A stretch of DNA of 64,000 bases from NCBI GenBank assembly GCA_965203485.1, contig OZ241892.1:192001-256000 (forward strand), written 5' to 3'. The notes beneath the pieces were generated by a model. The model was given only the letters and a program-made list of their open reading frames with translations. It did not search any database and was not told where the DNA came from. The position numbers and the translations under genes were made by a program. Shown piece after piece: positions 1 to 10,417 of the stretch. Every line of letters starts with the position of its first letter. Positions within the stretch are counted from its first letter, which is position 1. Source of the stretch: Longimicrobiales bacterium. Lineage in GTDB: Bacteria > Gemmatimonadota > Gemmatimonadetes > Longimicrobiales > Gaopeijiaceae.

Positions 1-1
1 G

Positions 2-892
2 TCGGCCGCGGCGGCTCCGGTAGTTGCCGGTTGCGGCATCGCCGTGGCCGACGGGGCGTTCGCGCGCGGGCCCGCGCTGGCTGCGCTCGTGGGCGCGTTG
101 CTCGTGCAGGTCGCGACCAACTTCGCCAACGACTACTACGACTTCGTGAAGGGATGCGACACCGAGGACCGGATCGGCCCGGTGCGCGCCGCGCAGGCCG
201 GGTTGCTGGCGCCGGCGGCCGTCAAGCGCGGAATCTTCGTGGCGATGGCTTTGGCGGCGATGGCCGGCGCGTACTTGGCGGTGGTGGCGGGGTGGCCGGT
301 CGTCGTGATCGGAGCCGCGTCGCTGGTCTGCGCCGTGGCCTACACGGGCGGCCCGTTCCCGTTGGCGTACCACGGTCTGGGCGACGTGTTCGTGTTCGTG
401 TTCTTCGGGCCGGTGGCGGTGGCGGGGGCATACTACGTGCAGGCGTTGTCGTGGTCGCCGGACGCGCTTCTGGCGGGTGTGGGAGTGGGTGCTTTCAGCA
501 CGGCGATTCTCGTCGCCAACAACGTGCGCGACCGCGAGACGGACGCCGCTGCGGGCAAGCGGACGCTGGCGGTCCGCCTGGGCGACAAGGTCGCGGCGGC
601 GGAGTACGCGGCGTGCCTGGGCGTGGCGGCGGCGGTTCCGGCGGCGGGCTGGGCGTGGGCGGGCTGGCCGGCGTGGTCGCTGGCGGGAGCGGCCGGCGTG
701 GTCGCTTGCCTGCCCGCGGCCGCCGTAGTGCTGCGGTTCGCGGGAGGGCAGGCTGGGAAGGGCGGACCGGGAAGGGCGGACGGAGACGGCGCCGACCGGC
801 GGGCGCTGGCGCCGGTGCTCGGCCGCACTGCGCGGGGGGTGGCGATGTACGGCGTGGGACTGGCGGCCGGTTTCGTCGCGGGGACCAGCTGA
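2..892 (+). CDS. menA: 1,4-dihydroxy-2-naphthoate prenyltransferase, 5' truncated by the window edge
   Basis: UbiA-family motifs [29 protein letters not shown] and [22 protein letters not shown]; frame open from base 2; adjacent to menE. Confidence 0.93.
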   Translation, partial: SAAAAPVVAGCGIAVADGAFARGPALAALVGALLVQVATNFANDYYDFVKGCDTEDRIGPVRAAQAGLLAPAAVKRGIFVAMALAAMAGAYLAVVAGWPVVVIGAASLVCAVAYTGGPFPLAYHGLGDVFVFVFFGPVAVAGAYYVQALSWSPDALLAGVGVGAFSTAILVANNVRDRETDAAAGKRTLAVRLGDKVAAAEYAACLGVAAAVPAAGWAWAGWPAWSLAGAAGVVACLPAAAVVLRFAGGQAGKGGPGRADGDGADRRALAPVLGRTARGVAMYGVGLAAGFVAGTS

Positions 893-909
893 GGGAGGGG
901 GACTCGCGG

Positions 910-2502
910 GTGGCGCGCGCGGGGTCGGCGGGAAGGCTCGGGCGACGGACGCCTTCGCGTTCCGGCCTCGGTGCGCTGTTCGGCGACGGCGACCAGCTTC
1001 GGGCTGCCGCGGAGGAGGATCCCGGCGGGCCCGCGCTCGCGTGGGACGGCGGACGCTGGACCTGGCGGGAGCTGGACGCGGCGGCCGCCGCGGCGGCCGA
1101 GCGGTGCCGGAGCGCGGGCGCGCGGCCCGGGACCGTAGGCGCGATTCACTTGCCTGCGGGCCCGGACGCGGCCGCGGCCGTCTTCGGCCTGTGGCGGGCG
1201 GGCCTTGTTGCGTCGCCCATGCACGAGCGGCTCTCCGAGACGGAACTGGACTACGCCGCGCGGCTCGTGCGCCCGGCCCTTCGCCTCTTGCCGGGCGCCG
1301 AGGGCGCTCCCCCGGCGCTTCGGGGTCCGGCCGCCCAGGCGCGCGCGCCGCTGCACCTCGGGCGCTTCCCCGGCGTCGCGGTCCTGCTGCTCACGTCGGG
1401 CACGTCGGGCGGGCCGAGGGCCGTGGGGCTTTCGCGCGCCGCGTTCGCCGCCAGCGCGGCGGCGGCGGCCCGGCGGCTGTCGCTCGGCAGGGGCGACCGC
1501 TGGGGCCTCTGTCTGTCGCTGGCCCACGTCGGGGGCTTGGCCCTCCTTCTCCGCGCGGTCGCCCTCCGCTGCTCCGTGCGGTCCTGGGTCCGCTTCGACG
1601 CCGGCGCGGTGGCGGACGCCATGGCGGCGGGCGAGCTGACGCACGTTTCCTTGGTGCCCGTCATGCTGAAGCGCGTGCTGGAGCAGCTGGGGGGGCGCGC
1701 GCCGCCGGCCAGCCTCCGGTGCGTGCTGGTCGGGGGCGGCGCGTTGTCTCCCGCCTTGCTTGCGCGGGCCGCCGCCGCTGGACTGCCCGTCGCTCCGACT
1801 TGGGGCATGACCGAGACCGCGTCGCAGGCGGCCACGGCCCCGCCCGCCCTGGCGCGCCGGGCGCCCGGCACGGTGGGGCGACCGCTTGCGGGCCTTGAGG
1901 CGCGGGCCGGCCGCGCAACGGGCGTCCGCTTGGGAGGCGGGCGCCGGGATGCGCGGCGGGGCGTCGCAGGCCCGGCGCGCCGGGACGGCCCTGCGCGCGT
2001 CCTCTGCGTGCGTGGTCCAACCCTCGCGTCGGCCGTGGTCGGGCGGCCCGGCGGCGAGCCCGAGCCTCTGCCCGTCGACGCAGACGGCTGGTACCACACG
2101 CCCGACGCGGGCCGCATCGACGAAGACGGTTGCGTGTGGGTGCAGGGAAGGGCCGACGACGCGATCGTCACGGGGGGCGCCACGGTTGCTCCAGCCGAAG
2201 TGGAGCGAGTCATCGAGGGGATGCCCGGCGTGTTGGAGGCCGTGGTGTTCGGCGTGCCGGACGGCGAGTGGGGCCAGCGAGTGGAGGCCGTCGTCGAGGC
2301 GGAGGGCGGCGCGGTGCGCGAGGCCGACGTGGACCGCCATTGCCGCGCCCGGCTTTCCCGGGCCCGTTGCCCGTCGAGAATAAGCATCGTCGACTCGCTC
2401 CCGCGCACTCCGACCGGCAAGGCCGACCGGGCCGCGATCGCTCGAGACCGCGGCGGCGCCCGCCGCCGTGCGCGGACGTCCGTCCCGGCGAGTCCGGAAT
2501 AA
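910..2502 (+). CDS. menE: o-succinylbenzoate-CoA ligase (AMP-binding enzyme); start approximate
   Basis: LLTSGTSGGPRAV, LSLAHVGGL, WGMTETASQ, GRADDAIVTGG and LPRTPTGK motifs; GTG at 910 after a GGAGG-like site; follows menA. Confidence 0.85.
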   Translation: MARAGSAGRLGRRTPSRSGLGALFGDGDQLRAAAEEDPGGPALAWDGGRWTWRELDAAAAAAAERCRSAGARPGTVGAIHLPAGPDAAAAVFGLWRAGLVASPMHERLSETELDYAARLVRPALRLLPGAEGAPPALRGPAAQARAPLHLGRFPGVAVLLLTSGTSGGPRAVGLSRAAFAASAAAAARRLSLGRGDRWGLCLSLAHVGGLALLLRAVALRCSVRSWVRFDAGAVADAMAAGELTHVSLVPVMLKRVLEQLGGRAPPASLRCVLVGGGALSPALLARAAAAGLPVAPTWGMTETASQAATAPPALARRAPGTVGRPLAGLEARAGRATGVRLGGGRRDARRGVAGPARRDGPARVLCVRGPTLASAVVGRPGGEPEPLPVDADGWYHTPDAGRIDEDGCVWVQGRADDAIVTGGATVAPAEVERVIEGMPGVLEAVVFGVPDGEWGQRVEAVVEAEGGAVREADVDRHCRARLSRARCPSRISIVDSLPRTPTGKADRAAIARDRGGARRRARTSVPASPE

Positions 2503-2611
2503 GGCCGGCCAAGCAGGAACTGGTTCGGCCGCCTCTTGGACCGGTGCCCCCGCGGAGAAGCGGTGCGGTCCCGCGGCCGGCGATGCGCGGGGCCGCGTTA
2601 GCTTCGACCCC

Positions 2612-3883
2612 ATGATCGAGGAACTCCGCTGGCGGGGCTTGCTCGCCGACGCCACCGAGCATGCCGCGCGGGCTCTGGCGCAGGGCCGGATCTCCGGCTA
2701 CGTCGGCTTCGATCCGACGGCGCCGTCTCTCCACGTGGGCTCTCTGGTCCCGATCATGGGCCTCGTCCACCTGCAACGGGCGGGCCACACGCCCATCGCG
2801 CTGGTCGGCGGCGGCACGGGGCTGGTCGGCGACCCGTCCGGAAAGAGCAGCGAGCGCCCGTTGCTGGACCGCGCCGAGATGGAGGCCAACGCCGAAGCGC
2901 TGCGCAAGCAGCTGGCTTGGTTCTTGGACTTCGAAGCGAGCGACAACGCGGCGCGGATGGCGAACAACATCGATTGGCTGGACGGACTCAAGCTGGTGGA
3001 CTTCCTGCGCGACGTGGGCAAGCACTTCTCGGTCAACGCGATGTTGCGCAAGGACTCCGTGAAGCGCCGCCTCGAGGACGAAGAAGCGGGGATATCGTTC
3101 ACCGAGTTCAGCTACCAGCTGCTTCAGGCCTACGACTTCCTCGAGCTCTCCAAGCGCTTCGGATGCACGTTGCAGATGGGCGGCTCCGACCAGTGGGGCA
3201 ACATCACCGCCGGCATCGACTTGGTCCGCCGCATGGGCGGGCCGCAGTGCCACGGCGTGGTCTTTCCGCTGCTCGAGACGGCACGCGGCGCGAAGTTCGG
3301 CAAGTCGGAAGCCGGCGAAGCCGTCTGGCTCGACCCGGACCGCACTTCTCCCTACCGCTTCTACCAGTTCTGGCTCAACGTCGGCGACGCCGACGTGATT
3401 CGTTGCCTGAAGTTCTTCACGTTGCTGGGACGCGACGAAGTGGGAGAACTGGACAAGGCCGCGCGCGCGGCTCCGCAGCGGCGCGAAGCGCAGAAGCGGC
3501 TGGCCGCCGAAGTCACGCGAACCGTTCACGGCCAGACGGGACTCGATGCCGCAGTTGGGGCGTCGCGCGTGCTGTTCGGCGGCGACCCCAAGGGCCTGTC
3601 GGCTTCCGAGATCGAGGAGGTATTCGCCGACGTGCCGTCCACCGCGTTGCCGCGAGACCGCCTCGAGGGCGCCGGCGTCGGCCTCGTCGCCGTGATGACC
3701 GAGTCCGCCGTGGTTCCGTCGCGAAGCGAGGCGCGCCGCCTGTTGCGCGCCGGAGGCGTATACGTGAACGGCGACCGCGTTTCGGCGCCCGAAGCCGTCC
3801 TGTCGGCGGCCGACTTGCTGGACGGTCGCTTCGTGGTCGTGCGCCTTGGCAAGAAGCGGTACTTCGTGGTGGACGCCAAGTAG
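2612..3883 (+). CDS. tyrS: tyrosine--tRNA ligase
   Basis: [15 protein letters not shown] (HIGH-like), [17 protein letters not shown]-terminal S4-like domain. Confidence 0.97.
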   Translation: MIEELRWRGLLADATEHAARALAQGRISGYVGFDPTAPSLHVGSLVPIMGLVHLQRAGHTPIALVGGGTGLVGDPSGKSSERPLLDRAEMEANAEALRKQLAWFLDFEASDNAARMANNIDWLDGLKLVDFLRDVGKHFSVNAMLRKDSVKRRLEDEEAGISFTEFSYQLLQAYDFLELSKRFGCTLQMGGSDQWGNITAGIDLVRRMGGPQCHGVVFPLLETARGAKFGKSEAGEAVWLDPDRTSPYRFYQFWLNVGDADVIRCLKFFTLLGRDEVGELDKAARAAPQRREAQKRLAAEVTRTVHGQTGLDAAVGASRVLFGGDPKGLSASEIEEVFADVPSTALPRDRLEGAGVGLVAVMTESAVVPSRSEARRLLRAGGVYVNGDRVSAPEAVLSAADLLDGRFVVVRLGKKRYFVVDAK

Positions 3884-3992
3884 GCCGCGCCTGCGGGCGC
3901 CTCCACCGTTCCTCGGGGCGGGCGCCGGGCTCTCGCGACGCGTCGCTCCCTCCGGCTTGACAATGGCGGCCCGGAGCCGCAGGCTGCGCACG

Positions 3993-4496
3993 ATGAGCAG
4001 GCCAACGGTGGGAGTCGTCATGGGCTCCCGAAGCGACTGGAAGACGATGGAACCCGCGGCGGCGACGCTGGACGCGGTCGGGGTTCCGCACGAGGTGCGG
4101 GTCGTGTCGGCGCACCGGACGCCGGACCTGCTCCACGAATACGCGTCGTCGGCCGAGGCACGGGGCTTGCGCGTGATCGTCGCCGGAGCCGGCGGCGCGG
4201 CGCACCTGCCGGGCATGATCGCGTCCATGACGGTGTTGCCGGTCTTGGGCGTGCCGGTGCAGTCGAAGGCGCTGCGGGGACTCGACTCGCTCCTGTCGAT
4301 CGCGCAGATGCCCGGCGGCGTTCCCGTCGGGACGCTGGCGATCGGCGTCGCGGGAGCGGTCAACGCGGCGTTGCTCGCCGCGCGCATCCTGGGCCTGGAC
4401 GACGCCGAAGTCCGCGAAGCCGTCCGAGCCCACGCGCGTGCGCGGGCCGAGGAGGTCCTCGCCGGGCCGGACCCGCGGCGGCCCGCAAGGCGGTGA
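3993..4496 (+). CDS. purE: N5-CAIR mutase
   Basis: [38 protein letters not shown]. Confidence 0.97.
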   Translation: MSRPTVGVVMGSRSDWKTMEPAAATLDAVGVPHEVRVVSAHRTPDLLHEYASSAEARGLRVIVAGAGGAAHLPGMIASMTVLPVLGVPVQSKALRGLDSLLSIAQMPGGVPVGTLAIGVAGAVNAALLAARILGLDDAEVREAVRAHARARAEEVLAGPDPRRPARR

Positions 4497-4508
4497 AGGG
4501 GCCGCGCC

Positions 4509-5651
4509 GTGACGATCGGGGTCCTCGGCGGCGGGCAGCTGGCGCGGATGCTTGCCTTGGCCGGCGTTCCGCTCGGGCAGCGGTTCGTTTTCCTGGAGCC
4601 GTCCGCCGACCCTCCCGCGGGCGCGTTGGGGAGCGTGGTGCGCGGCGCCTACGACGACCCCGCCTCGCTGAACCGCGTAGCCGCGGCCGCCGACGTCGTC
4701 ACGTTCGAGTTCGAGTCGGTGCCCGCCGAAGCCGTCCGCGCCCTGGCGGCGAAGATCCCGGTCCGACCTTCTCCGGACGCGCTTGCGGCGGCGCAGGACC
4801 GCTTGGCGGAGAAGCGCCTGTTCCGGGAACTCGGCATCGCCACGCCCCGCTTTCGGGCGGTGAATCCGGGCGACGGCATGGAGGATGCGCTGGCGGCGAC
4901 CGGCCTGCCGGCCGTGGTGAAGACGCGCCGGGGCGGTTACGACGGCAAGGGCCAAGCCGTGGTGCGCTCGCGGGACGAGGCCGCGGTGGCGGCGCAGGCG
5001 CTCGGCGACGGGCTGATCGTCGAGTCGTTCGTCGCCTTCGAGCGCGAGCTGAGCATCGTGGCGGCAAGGGGCGTGGACGGCGCCTCCGTCTTCTATCCGT
5101 TGACCGAGAACCACCATCGCGAAGGCATCCTCCGAGCCAGCTACGCTCCGGCGCCGAACACGCAGCCGCGCCTCCAGGCCGAGGCCGAGGCGCTGGCGGG
5201 CAGGATATTGGAGCGCTTCGACTACGTCGGGACGCTCGCGGTGGAGCTGTTCGAGAGCGGGGGACGCCTGCTGGCCAACGAGATGGCCCCGCGCGTCCAC
5301 AACTCAGGGCACTGGACGCTGGACGGCGCCGCCGCGAGCCAGTTCGAGAACCACGTCCGCGCCGTGGCGGGACTCGCGTTGGCTCCGGCGGCCCCGCGCG
5401 GCCCCTCCGCGATGCTCAACGTCGTGGGCGAACTGCCGTCCCTGCCGGCGCTGGCCGCCGTGCAGGATGCGCGCGTGCACCTCTACGACAAGACTCCCCG
5501 GCCCGGGAGGAAGCTCGGCCACGTGAACGTGACGGGGACGAACGCCGCCGCGGCGGCCGTCGCCGCCGAACAGGTGTGGCGCTTGTTGCCGGGCGCGGGG
5601 CCGTTGCCGGGTCCGTCCGTCGCGCGACCGCAGCGCGCCGTCGCAGTCTGA
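4509..5651 (+). CDS. purK: N5-CAIR synthase (ATP-grasp)
   Basis: IGVLGGGQLARM, GGYDGKGQ, NEMAPRVHNSGHWT, RKLGHVN; directly after purE. Confidence 0.96.
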   Translation: MTIGVLGGGQLARMLALAGVPLGQRFVFLEPSADPPAGALGSVVRGAYDDPASLNRVAAAADVVTFEFESVPAEAVRALAAKIPVRPSPDALAAAQDRLAEKRLFRELGIATPRFRAVNPGDGMEDALAATGLPAVVKTRRGGYDGKGQAVVRSRDEAAVAAQALGDGLIVESFVAFERELSIVAARGVDGASVFYPLTENHHREGILRASYAPAPNTQPRLQAEAEALAGRILERFDYVGTLAVELFESGGRLLANEMAPRVHNSGHWTLDGAAASQFENHVRAVAGLALAPAAPRGPSAMLNVVGELPSLPALAAVQDARVHLYDKTPRPGRKLGHVNVTGTNAAAAAVAAEQVWRLLPGAGPLPGPSVARPQRAVAV

Positions 5652-5711
5652 CGAGGCCGTGCAGCCGGCGTGGCCCCGGAACAAGCGCTGTGGCCCCCCG
5701 GGGTCAGCGGG

Positions 5712-7112
5712 CTAGCGCAGAGCTTCGTCGGAGTAGAAGACCCCGGCGTTGGCGAACCTCGCGACGACGCCCGCGGCGCCGAACGAGGGGTGTCCCGCCA
5801 TCCTGTGCAAGTGATCGAACTGGGCCAGCACGGCCCCGTCTTCGACGCGCACCTCCACGGCCCGCCCCACGCCCCTGAACGACGCGATCAGCCGCGTTCT
5901 GTCCGGCGAGATCGATATGCGGCCGCCGTCTCGGGCGCGCCAACCGAAGCGCTCGGGGTCCCTTGGAAAGACGACGGTCTCCGCGCCGCTCTCGACGTCC
6001 ACCAGGAGCACGCGCGAGTGAAAGCGGAGGTCGCCGCGAGCGCGCGTCATGCCCCCTCGGCCGTCGAACACGACGAACTCCGGCCCTCGCCAATGCTTCA
6101 CGCTGTGCGGGCGCTGGAACGTGCCTCGCACGTAGCGCTTCATCTCGTACGTCTCGCGGTCCAGGATAGCCAGCGCGTCGAGATCCCGGAACGACAGGAC
6201 CAGGTCTCCCGGGCGCGCACCGTCCAGCCCGGCGACGTCGTCGCCCACCAGAGACACCGAGCTCACGTGGACGGGCCGGCACGGATTCGCACGCTGCAAC
6301 TCCGGCGCCCAGCGCGACGCCAGAAGCGCACCCGCCGCAGAGACCTGCTCGACGAGCCGCCCCTGGCCGTCCAGGATCTGCACCACGTCGAGCGTCGCCT
6401 CGCCGCCCTCGCAAGCTCGGCCCGGAATCCCCTGCGTCTGCGCCGCCCAGCCGCCGGTGCGCCGCGTGCCCACGACCAGCGCGGTGTCGCCCGCCGCAAC
6501 GAGGGGCTCGCCCCGGCTGTAGTCGCGGCGGTACCAGAGCGCGTGCCCCGATCCTCCGATCCGCGCCACGCCCGCGTCCGCCGGGAAGTGAAAGTCGAGG
6601 TAGCGGAAGACGACCAGCAGATCGCCGTTCGAGTAGCGGGCGACATGGGCCGCGTCCATCGCCTCTTCGCCGTCGATGCCGAACGTGCCTTCCACCTGCG
6701 CCGCGGGCATCGCCTCTGCCACGGGCGGCGGCCGAAACGGCCACGACCGCACCACTTCGCCCCCGGGCGAGTACTCGACCGCCAAGCATCCGCGCGCGGC
6801 CGGACAGTGCTCCCCGAAGTGCCAGCCGCCTCCCGTCGCCGTCGCGGCGCCGGCCAGCTCGCTTCCTTCCGCCAGAACGAGGTGCCGCCCGTCGACCGCT
6901 CCGGAGGCCACGTTGGCGCGTTCCCAGTCCTGCAGGAGGGGCTTGTCCGCCCGGACCGCCCGGACCATGTCGCGCGCAACGCTCGCGCCTTGCGAGAAGC
7001 GCCCCCACGGAAACACGCCGGCCCACGCGACGTACAGTCCGCCTCCGAACGCCAAGAGGACCACCGCCGCCCGGACGAAGAACCGCCAGAACCACCCGTT
7101 TCGCCTAGCCAA
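5712..7112 (-). CDS. membrane-anchored arylsulfotransferase (ASST)-like beta-propeller protein
   Basis: N-terminal TM with FPW; NGDLLVVF, HVSSV, GDLVLSFRDLDALAILD, FQRPH resemble ASST-family motifs. Confidence 0.65.
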   Translation of the reverse strand: MARRNGWFWRFFVRAAVVLLAFGGGLYVAWAGVFPWGRFSQGASVARDMVRAVRADKPLLQDWERANVASGAVDGRHLVLAEGSELAGAATATGGGWHFGEHCPAARGCLAVEYSPGGEVVRSWPFRPPPVAEAMPAAQVEGTFGIDGEEAMDAAHVARYSNGDLLVVFRYLDFHFPADAGVARIGGSGHALWYRRDYSRGEPLVAAGDTALVVGTRRTGGWAAQTQGIPGRACEGGEATLDVVQILDGQGRLVEQVSAAGALLASRWAPELQRANPCRPVHVSSVSLVGDDVAGLDGARPGDLVLSFRDLDALAILDRETYEMKRYVRGTFQRPHSVKHWRGPEFVVFDGRGGMTRARGDLRFHSRVLLVDVESGAETVVFPRDPERFGWRARDGGRISISPDRTRLIASFRGVGRAVEVRVEDGAVLAQFDHLHRMAGHPSFGAAGVVARFANAGVFYSDEALR

Positions 7113-7242
7113 TCAACGGGACTCCGCGTTGCGTGGCCCGAGCCTGTGCCGACTCAAGAACCCGAACATAACGCGCCGTCCGCCTCCGCGGCCGCCCCCG
7201 CCCTTTGGCCTCGGGCGCAACAGCGACGCCCCCCGGCCCGAA

Positions 7243-7707
7243 CTACCCTGCCTCCGCCGGCCGCGCCCCGCGAACCGACCGCCGGCCGGCCACCAGCCAA
7301 TCGAAGGTCGCCATCTGCGAGGGCGTCGGGTCGCGCGGCAAGGCCACCACGAAGGTCGGCGCGCGTCCCTCCGGCAGATGCAGAATCATGTCGGCGGTGT
7401 CCCCGGGGGGCTCGTAGGGCCGCCGCCGGCCCGTCGCGTCCACGGCCCACACGCGGCCTGGAGCGCAGATTTCCGCTAGGCGCGCGCCGAAGTCCGTCCA
7501 CGCCTGGATCGGATCGGCGCGTCCCTCGGCAATGGACGGGACGGTCTCGGCTTCGTAGTATTGGACCGCTTTCCCGTAGCCCGGCGGATTCGCCTTCCTG
7601 AGCTCCTTGAGGCGCTTGCGGTAGTGTTCGCGAGGGTCTCTCGCGCCCGAAGCGGCAAGGGCTTCGTCGAAGCGGGCGTCGGCCGCTTGCTTCAGGTCGG
7701 GGTCCAT
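7243..7707 (-). CDS. hypothetical protein (154 aa)
   Basis: Protein-like segment starting MDPDLKQAADARFDEAL within the 7243..8379 ORF; divergent from the PRTase gene. Confidence 0.7.
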   Translation of the reverse strand: MDPDLKQAADARFDEALAASGARDPREHYRKRLKELRKANPPGYGKAVQYYEAETVPSIAEGRADPIQAWTDFGARLAEICAPGRVWAVDATGRRRPYEPPGDTADMILHLPEGRAPTFVVALPRDPTPSQMATFDWLVAGRRSVRGARPAEAG

Positions 7708-7806
7708 TGGGCTGGGTGCGCTCCGCGGCAACGGGCCGGCGAGTCTCGGGGCGTTAGGGAGTTGGGGAACGCCGGTACAGTCTTGGGCCTCCACCGGGAG
7801 AAGGCA

Positions 7807-8328
7807 ATGTTGTCCACGCGCGCCGAACCGTCGGAAGAAGTCTTCGACCTCTCCTGGGAGATGTTCGGCGAGCTTTGCCGCGCGCTGGCCCTCAAGGTGG
7901 CGCGCGACTACGACCCCGACATCGTGGTCGGGATCGCCAAGGCGGGCGTCATCCCCGGCGCCGTCGTCGCGTCGATGCTCCAGCGCGACTTCCATTCGCT
8001 CAAGGTGTCCCGGCGCGAGGGCGCCGAGATTGTTCGCCAGCGCCCGGCCGTGCTGTCCGCGGCCCCCCCGGAGGCGCGCGGCAAGCGCGTCCTGATCGTG
8101 GACGAGATCACCACCTCCGGCGACACCCTGCGACTTGCGCTGGCGGCTGTTCGCGCCGTGGCGCCCGCCGAAGTCCGCACCGCCACGAACTTCGTGCGTC
8201 CCGGCGGGCACCAGCCCGGCTTCTTCGCGCTCTCCACGTCGGCCAAGCTGGTCTACCCGTGGAACCGCAAGATCTTCGAGGACGGCAGGCTGGTCGTCAA
8301 TCCGCGCTACCACGGGCTCGACGGCTAG
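7807..8328 (+). CDS. type I phosphoribosyltransferase (Gpt/Hpt-like)
   Basis: PRPP-binding VLIVDEITTSGDT, VVGIAKAG, LVYPW; RBS-like GGAGAAGG upstream. Confidence 0.85.
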   Translation: MLSTRAEPSEEVFDLSWEMFGELCRALALKVARDYDPDIVVGIAKAGVIPGAVVASMLQRDFHSLKVSRREGAEIVRQRPAVLSAAPPEARGKRVLIVDEITTSGDTLRLALAAVRAVAPAEVRTATNFVRPGGHQPGFFALSTSAKLVYPWNRKIFEDGRLVVNPRYHGLDG

Positions 8329-8440
8329 GCAGGAGCCGCGCGCCTCCGCTGCGCCGGACGCGCCGTCGGCGGCGGGCATCCCGTCCGCGGCGGTTGCCAG
8401 GCTCGCCGGCGCCCCGGCGGCCGGCCTCTTCCTCCGCTGC

Positions 8441-9694
8441 CTACTCGCCCGCGGCCATGGCGTCCAGGAACTCCGCGTTGGTGTCGTGGCGCGCCAAGCG
8501 CTGCGAGAGAAACTCCACGGCGTCGGCGGGCGGCATGTCGGCCACGAAGTTGCGCAGCAGGAAGGTGCGGTTCAGCTCGGTCTTGGTGAGCAACAGCTCC
8601 TCGCGGCGCGTGCCCGAGCGGGCCAGGTCGATGGCGGGAAATACGCGCTGGTCGGCGATGCGGCGGTCCAGGAGGAGCTCCATGTTCCCGGTCCCCTTGA
8701 ACTCCTCGAAGATCACCTGGTCCATGCGGCTCCCGGTGTCGACCAAGGCGGTCGCCACGACCGTCAGCGATCCGCCGCCGGGAATGTTGCGGGCCGATCC
8801 GAAGAAGCGCTTCGGATGCTGCAGGACCTTCGCGTCGAGCCCGCCCGACAAGATCCGCCCGGAATGCCGGGCAAGCGTGTTGTAGGCGCGGGCCAGCCGC
8901 GTGATCGAGTCGAGCAGAATCACTACGTCTCGGCCGTGCTCCACTTGGCGCTTCGCCTTCGCCAGCGCCATTTCGGCGACTTGGCGGTGGCGCTTGGCCG
9001 GCTCGTCGAAGGTGGACGCCAGGACGTCGCCGACGACGCATTCCTCCATTTCGGTGACTTCTTCCGGGCGTTCGTCGATCAGCAGCACGATGAGTTGGAC
9101 GGCGGGATGATTGACCGATATCGCCTGTGCCATCTCGCGCAGAATCGTCGTCTTGCCCGCCTTGGGCGGAGAGACGATTAGACCGCGCTGTCCCATGCCC
9201 ACTGGCGCGATCAGGTCCATGATCCGCATGGCGATGCTCCCGCCGGGCGACTCCAGCCCGAGGCGGCCGTCGGGGTAGCCGGGGCGGAGCGAATCGAACG
9301 TGGCGCGCTGGCCCAGCCCTTCGGCTCGTTCGCCGTTGACGCGCTCCACCGTCGCCAACGCCAAGTACCGTTCGGCGCGCCGCGGCGGCCGCACGCGTCC
9401 CGCCAGCGTGTCGCCCGTGCGCAACGCCAAGCGCCGAATGTGACCCGGGCTCACGTAGACGTCGTCGGGGCCGTACAGATACTGCCATTGTCCAGACCGC
9501 AGGAAGCCGTAGCCCTCTGGGCGGATGTCGAGCACGCCCTCGGCCGTGGGAACGGCGTCCGCCGGCGCCATGCCCTGGTGAATCCGGAAAACGAGTTCCG
9601 GCTTGCGCAGGGATGCGTAGTACGGAATGTTGAGCGTCTCGGCGTACTCGTGGAGTTCGGCCACCGAGCTGTTCGATAGTTCGGCTATGTCCAT
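8441..9694 (-). CDS. rho: transcription termination factor Rho
   Basis: GYGFLR, GQRGLIVSPPKAGKT, LLIDERPEEVT, DSITRLARAYN, FEEFKGTGNME. Confidence 0.97.
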   Translation of the reverse strand: MDIAELSNSSVAELHEYAETLNIPYYASLRKPELVFRIHQGMAPADAVPTAEGVLDIRPEGYGFLRSGQWQYLYGPDDVYVSPGHIRRLALRTGDTLAGRVRPPRRAERYLALATVERVNGERAEGLGQRATFDSLRPGYPDGRLGLESPGGSIAMRIMDLIAPVGMGQRGLIVSPPKAGKTTILREMAQAISVNHPAVQLIVLLIDERPEEVTEMEECVVGDVLASTFDEPAKRHRQVAEMALAKAKRQVEHGRDVVILLDSITRLARAYNTLARHSGRILSGGLDAKVLQHPKRFFGSARNIPGGGSLTVVATALVDTGSRMDQVIFEEFKGTGNMELLLDRRIADQRVFPAIDLARSGTRREELLLTKTELNRTFLLRNFVADMPPADAVEFLSQRLARHDTNAEFLDAMAAGE

Positions 9695-9910
9695 CTAGGT
9701 GCTGGAGGAAGCCTAGGGACTGGTGGAAGGCGGCGACGGCGAGGCGTCCCGCAACCGCGAACGGACGGCGTGACCGGAAGGTTGTTGCCGGGAGCCGGGA
9801 TGCTGGCCGGGGCGGCCCGTTGAACTACCTCTGCCTGCGACCGCGCCGCGGAGACCCGAACGGCGCTTTCAAGAAGACGACGATGGCGCTACGACTAACG
9901 ATTGCGAACG

Positions 9911-10306
9911 ATGCCACGGATGTCAAGGCTCGCGCGGGGGCGGAGACGCGTTGCCGTGGCTCGGCATAACCGGCAGGGCGGAGGCGAGGACCAGCGCGGA
10001 TTCGCTTATGAAGTCAGCTACGCTCCCGACTGGCTGGACCAGATTCGCGTGACGCGCGTCCTTCCTTCCGGCCGCCGCTCCACCAAGACGCTCTTCCGCA
10101 ACCCTGCGCGCGCGCCCCGAGGCGAACCCGGCTCCGTGGCGAGGACGCGCATCGACAGTCCGGTCCAGGGCCTCTCCGTCGAGGTCGCGGTCGGGACGCG
10201 GGGATGCGTGCGCGCGGTCGATGTCCACTGGAACAAGCCGAACAGCTTGCGGCCCGCTCTCGACCGCGTGTCCTTCACTCTGAAGGCGTTTCCGCGGCCG
10301 CGCTGA
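9911..10306 (+). CDS. hypothetical basic protein; start uncertain
   Basis: ORF filling the rho-mlaE gap with plausible codon usage (YEVSYAPDWLDQIRVTR). Confidence 0.55.
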   Translation: MPRMSRLARGRRRVAVARHNRQGGGEDQRGFAYEVSYAPDWLDQIRVTRVLPSGRRSTKTLFRNPARAPRGEPGSVARTRIDSPVQGLSVEVAVGTRGCVRAVDVHWNKPNSLRPALDRVSFTLKAFPRPR

Positions 10307-10417
10307 CAGGGGGCGCGCGCGGGCGCCGGGCCGGCCGTGCTCCTTGGCGTTTGCGGCAACCTCGGGGCGCCGGTCTCCGTGTCCGTCCCAGGAACGGCCA
10401 TCCGTTATGATTCCGCC

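Noticed and set aside
31..909. N-terminal ~290 aa of the 823-aa ORF as part of MenE
   Set aside because: Arg/Gly-rich shadow frame over menA
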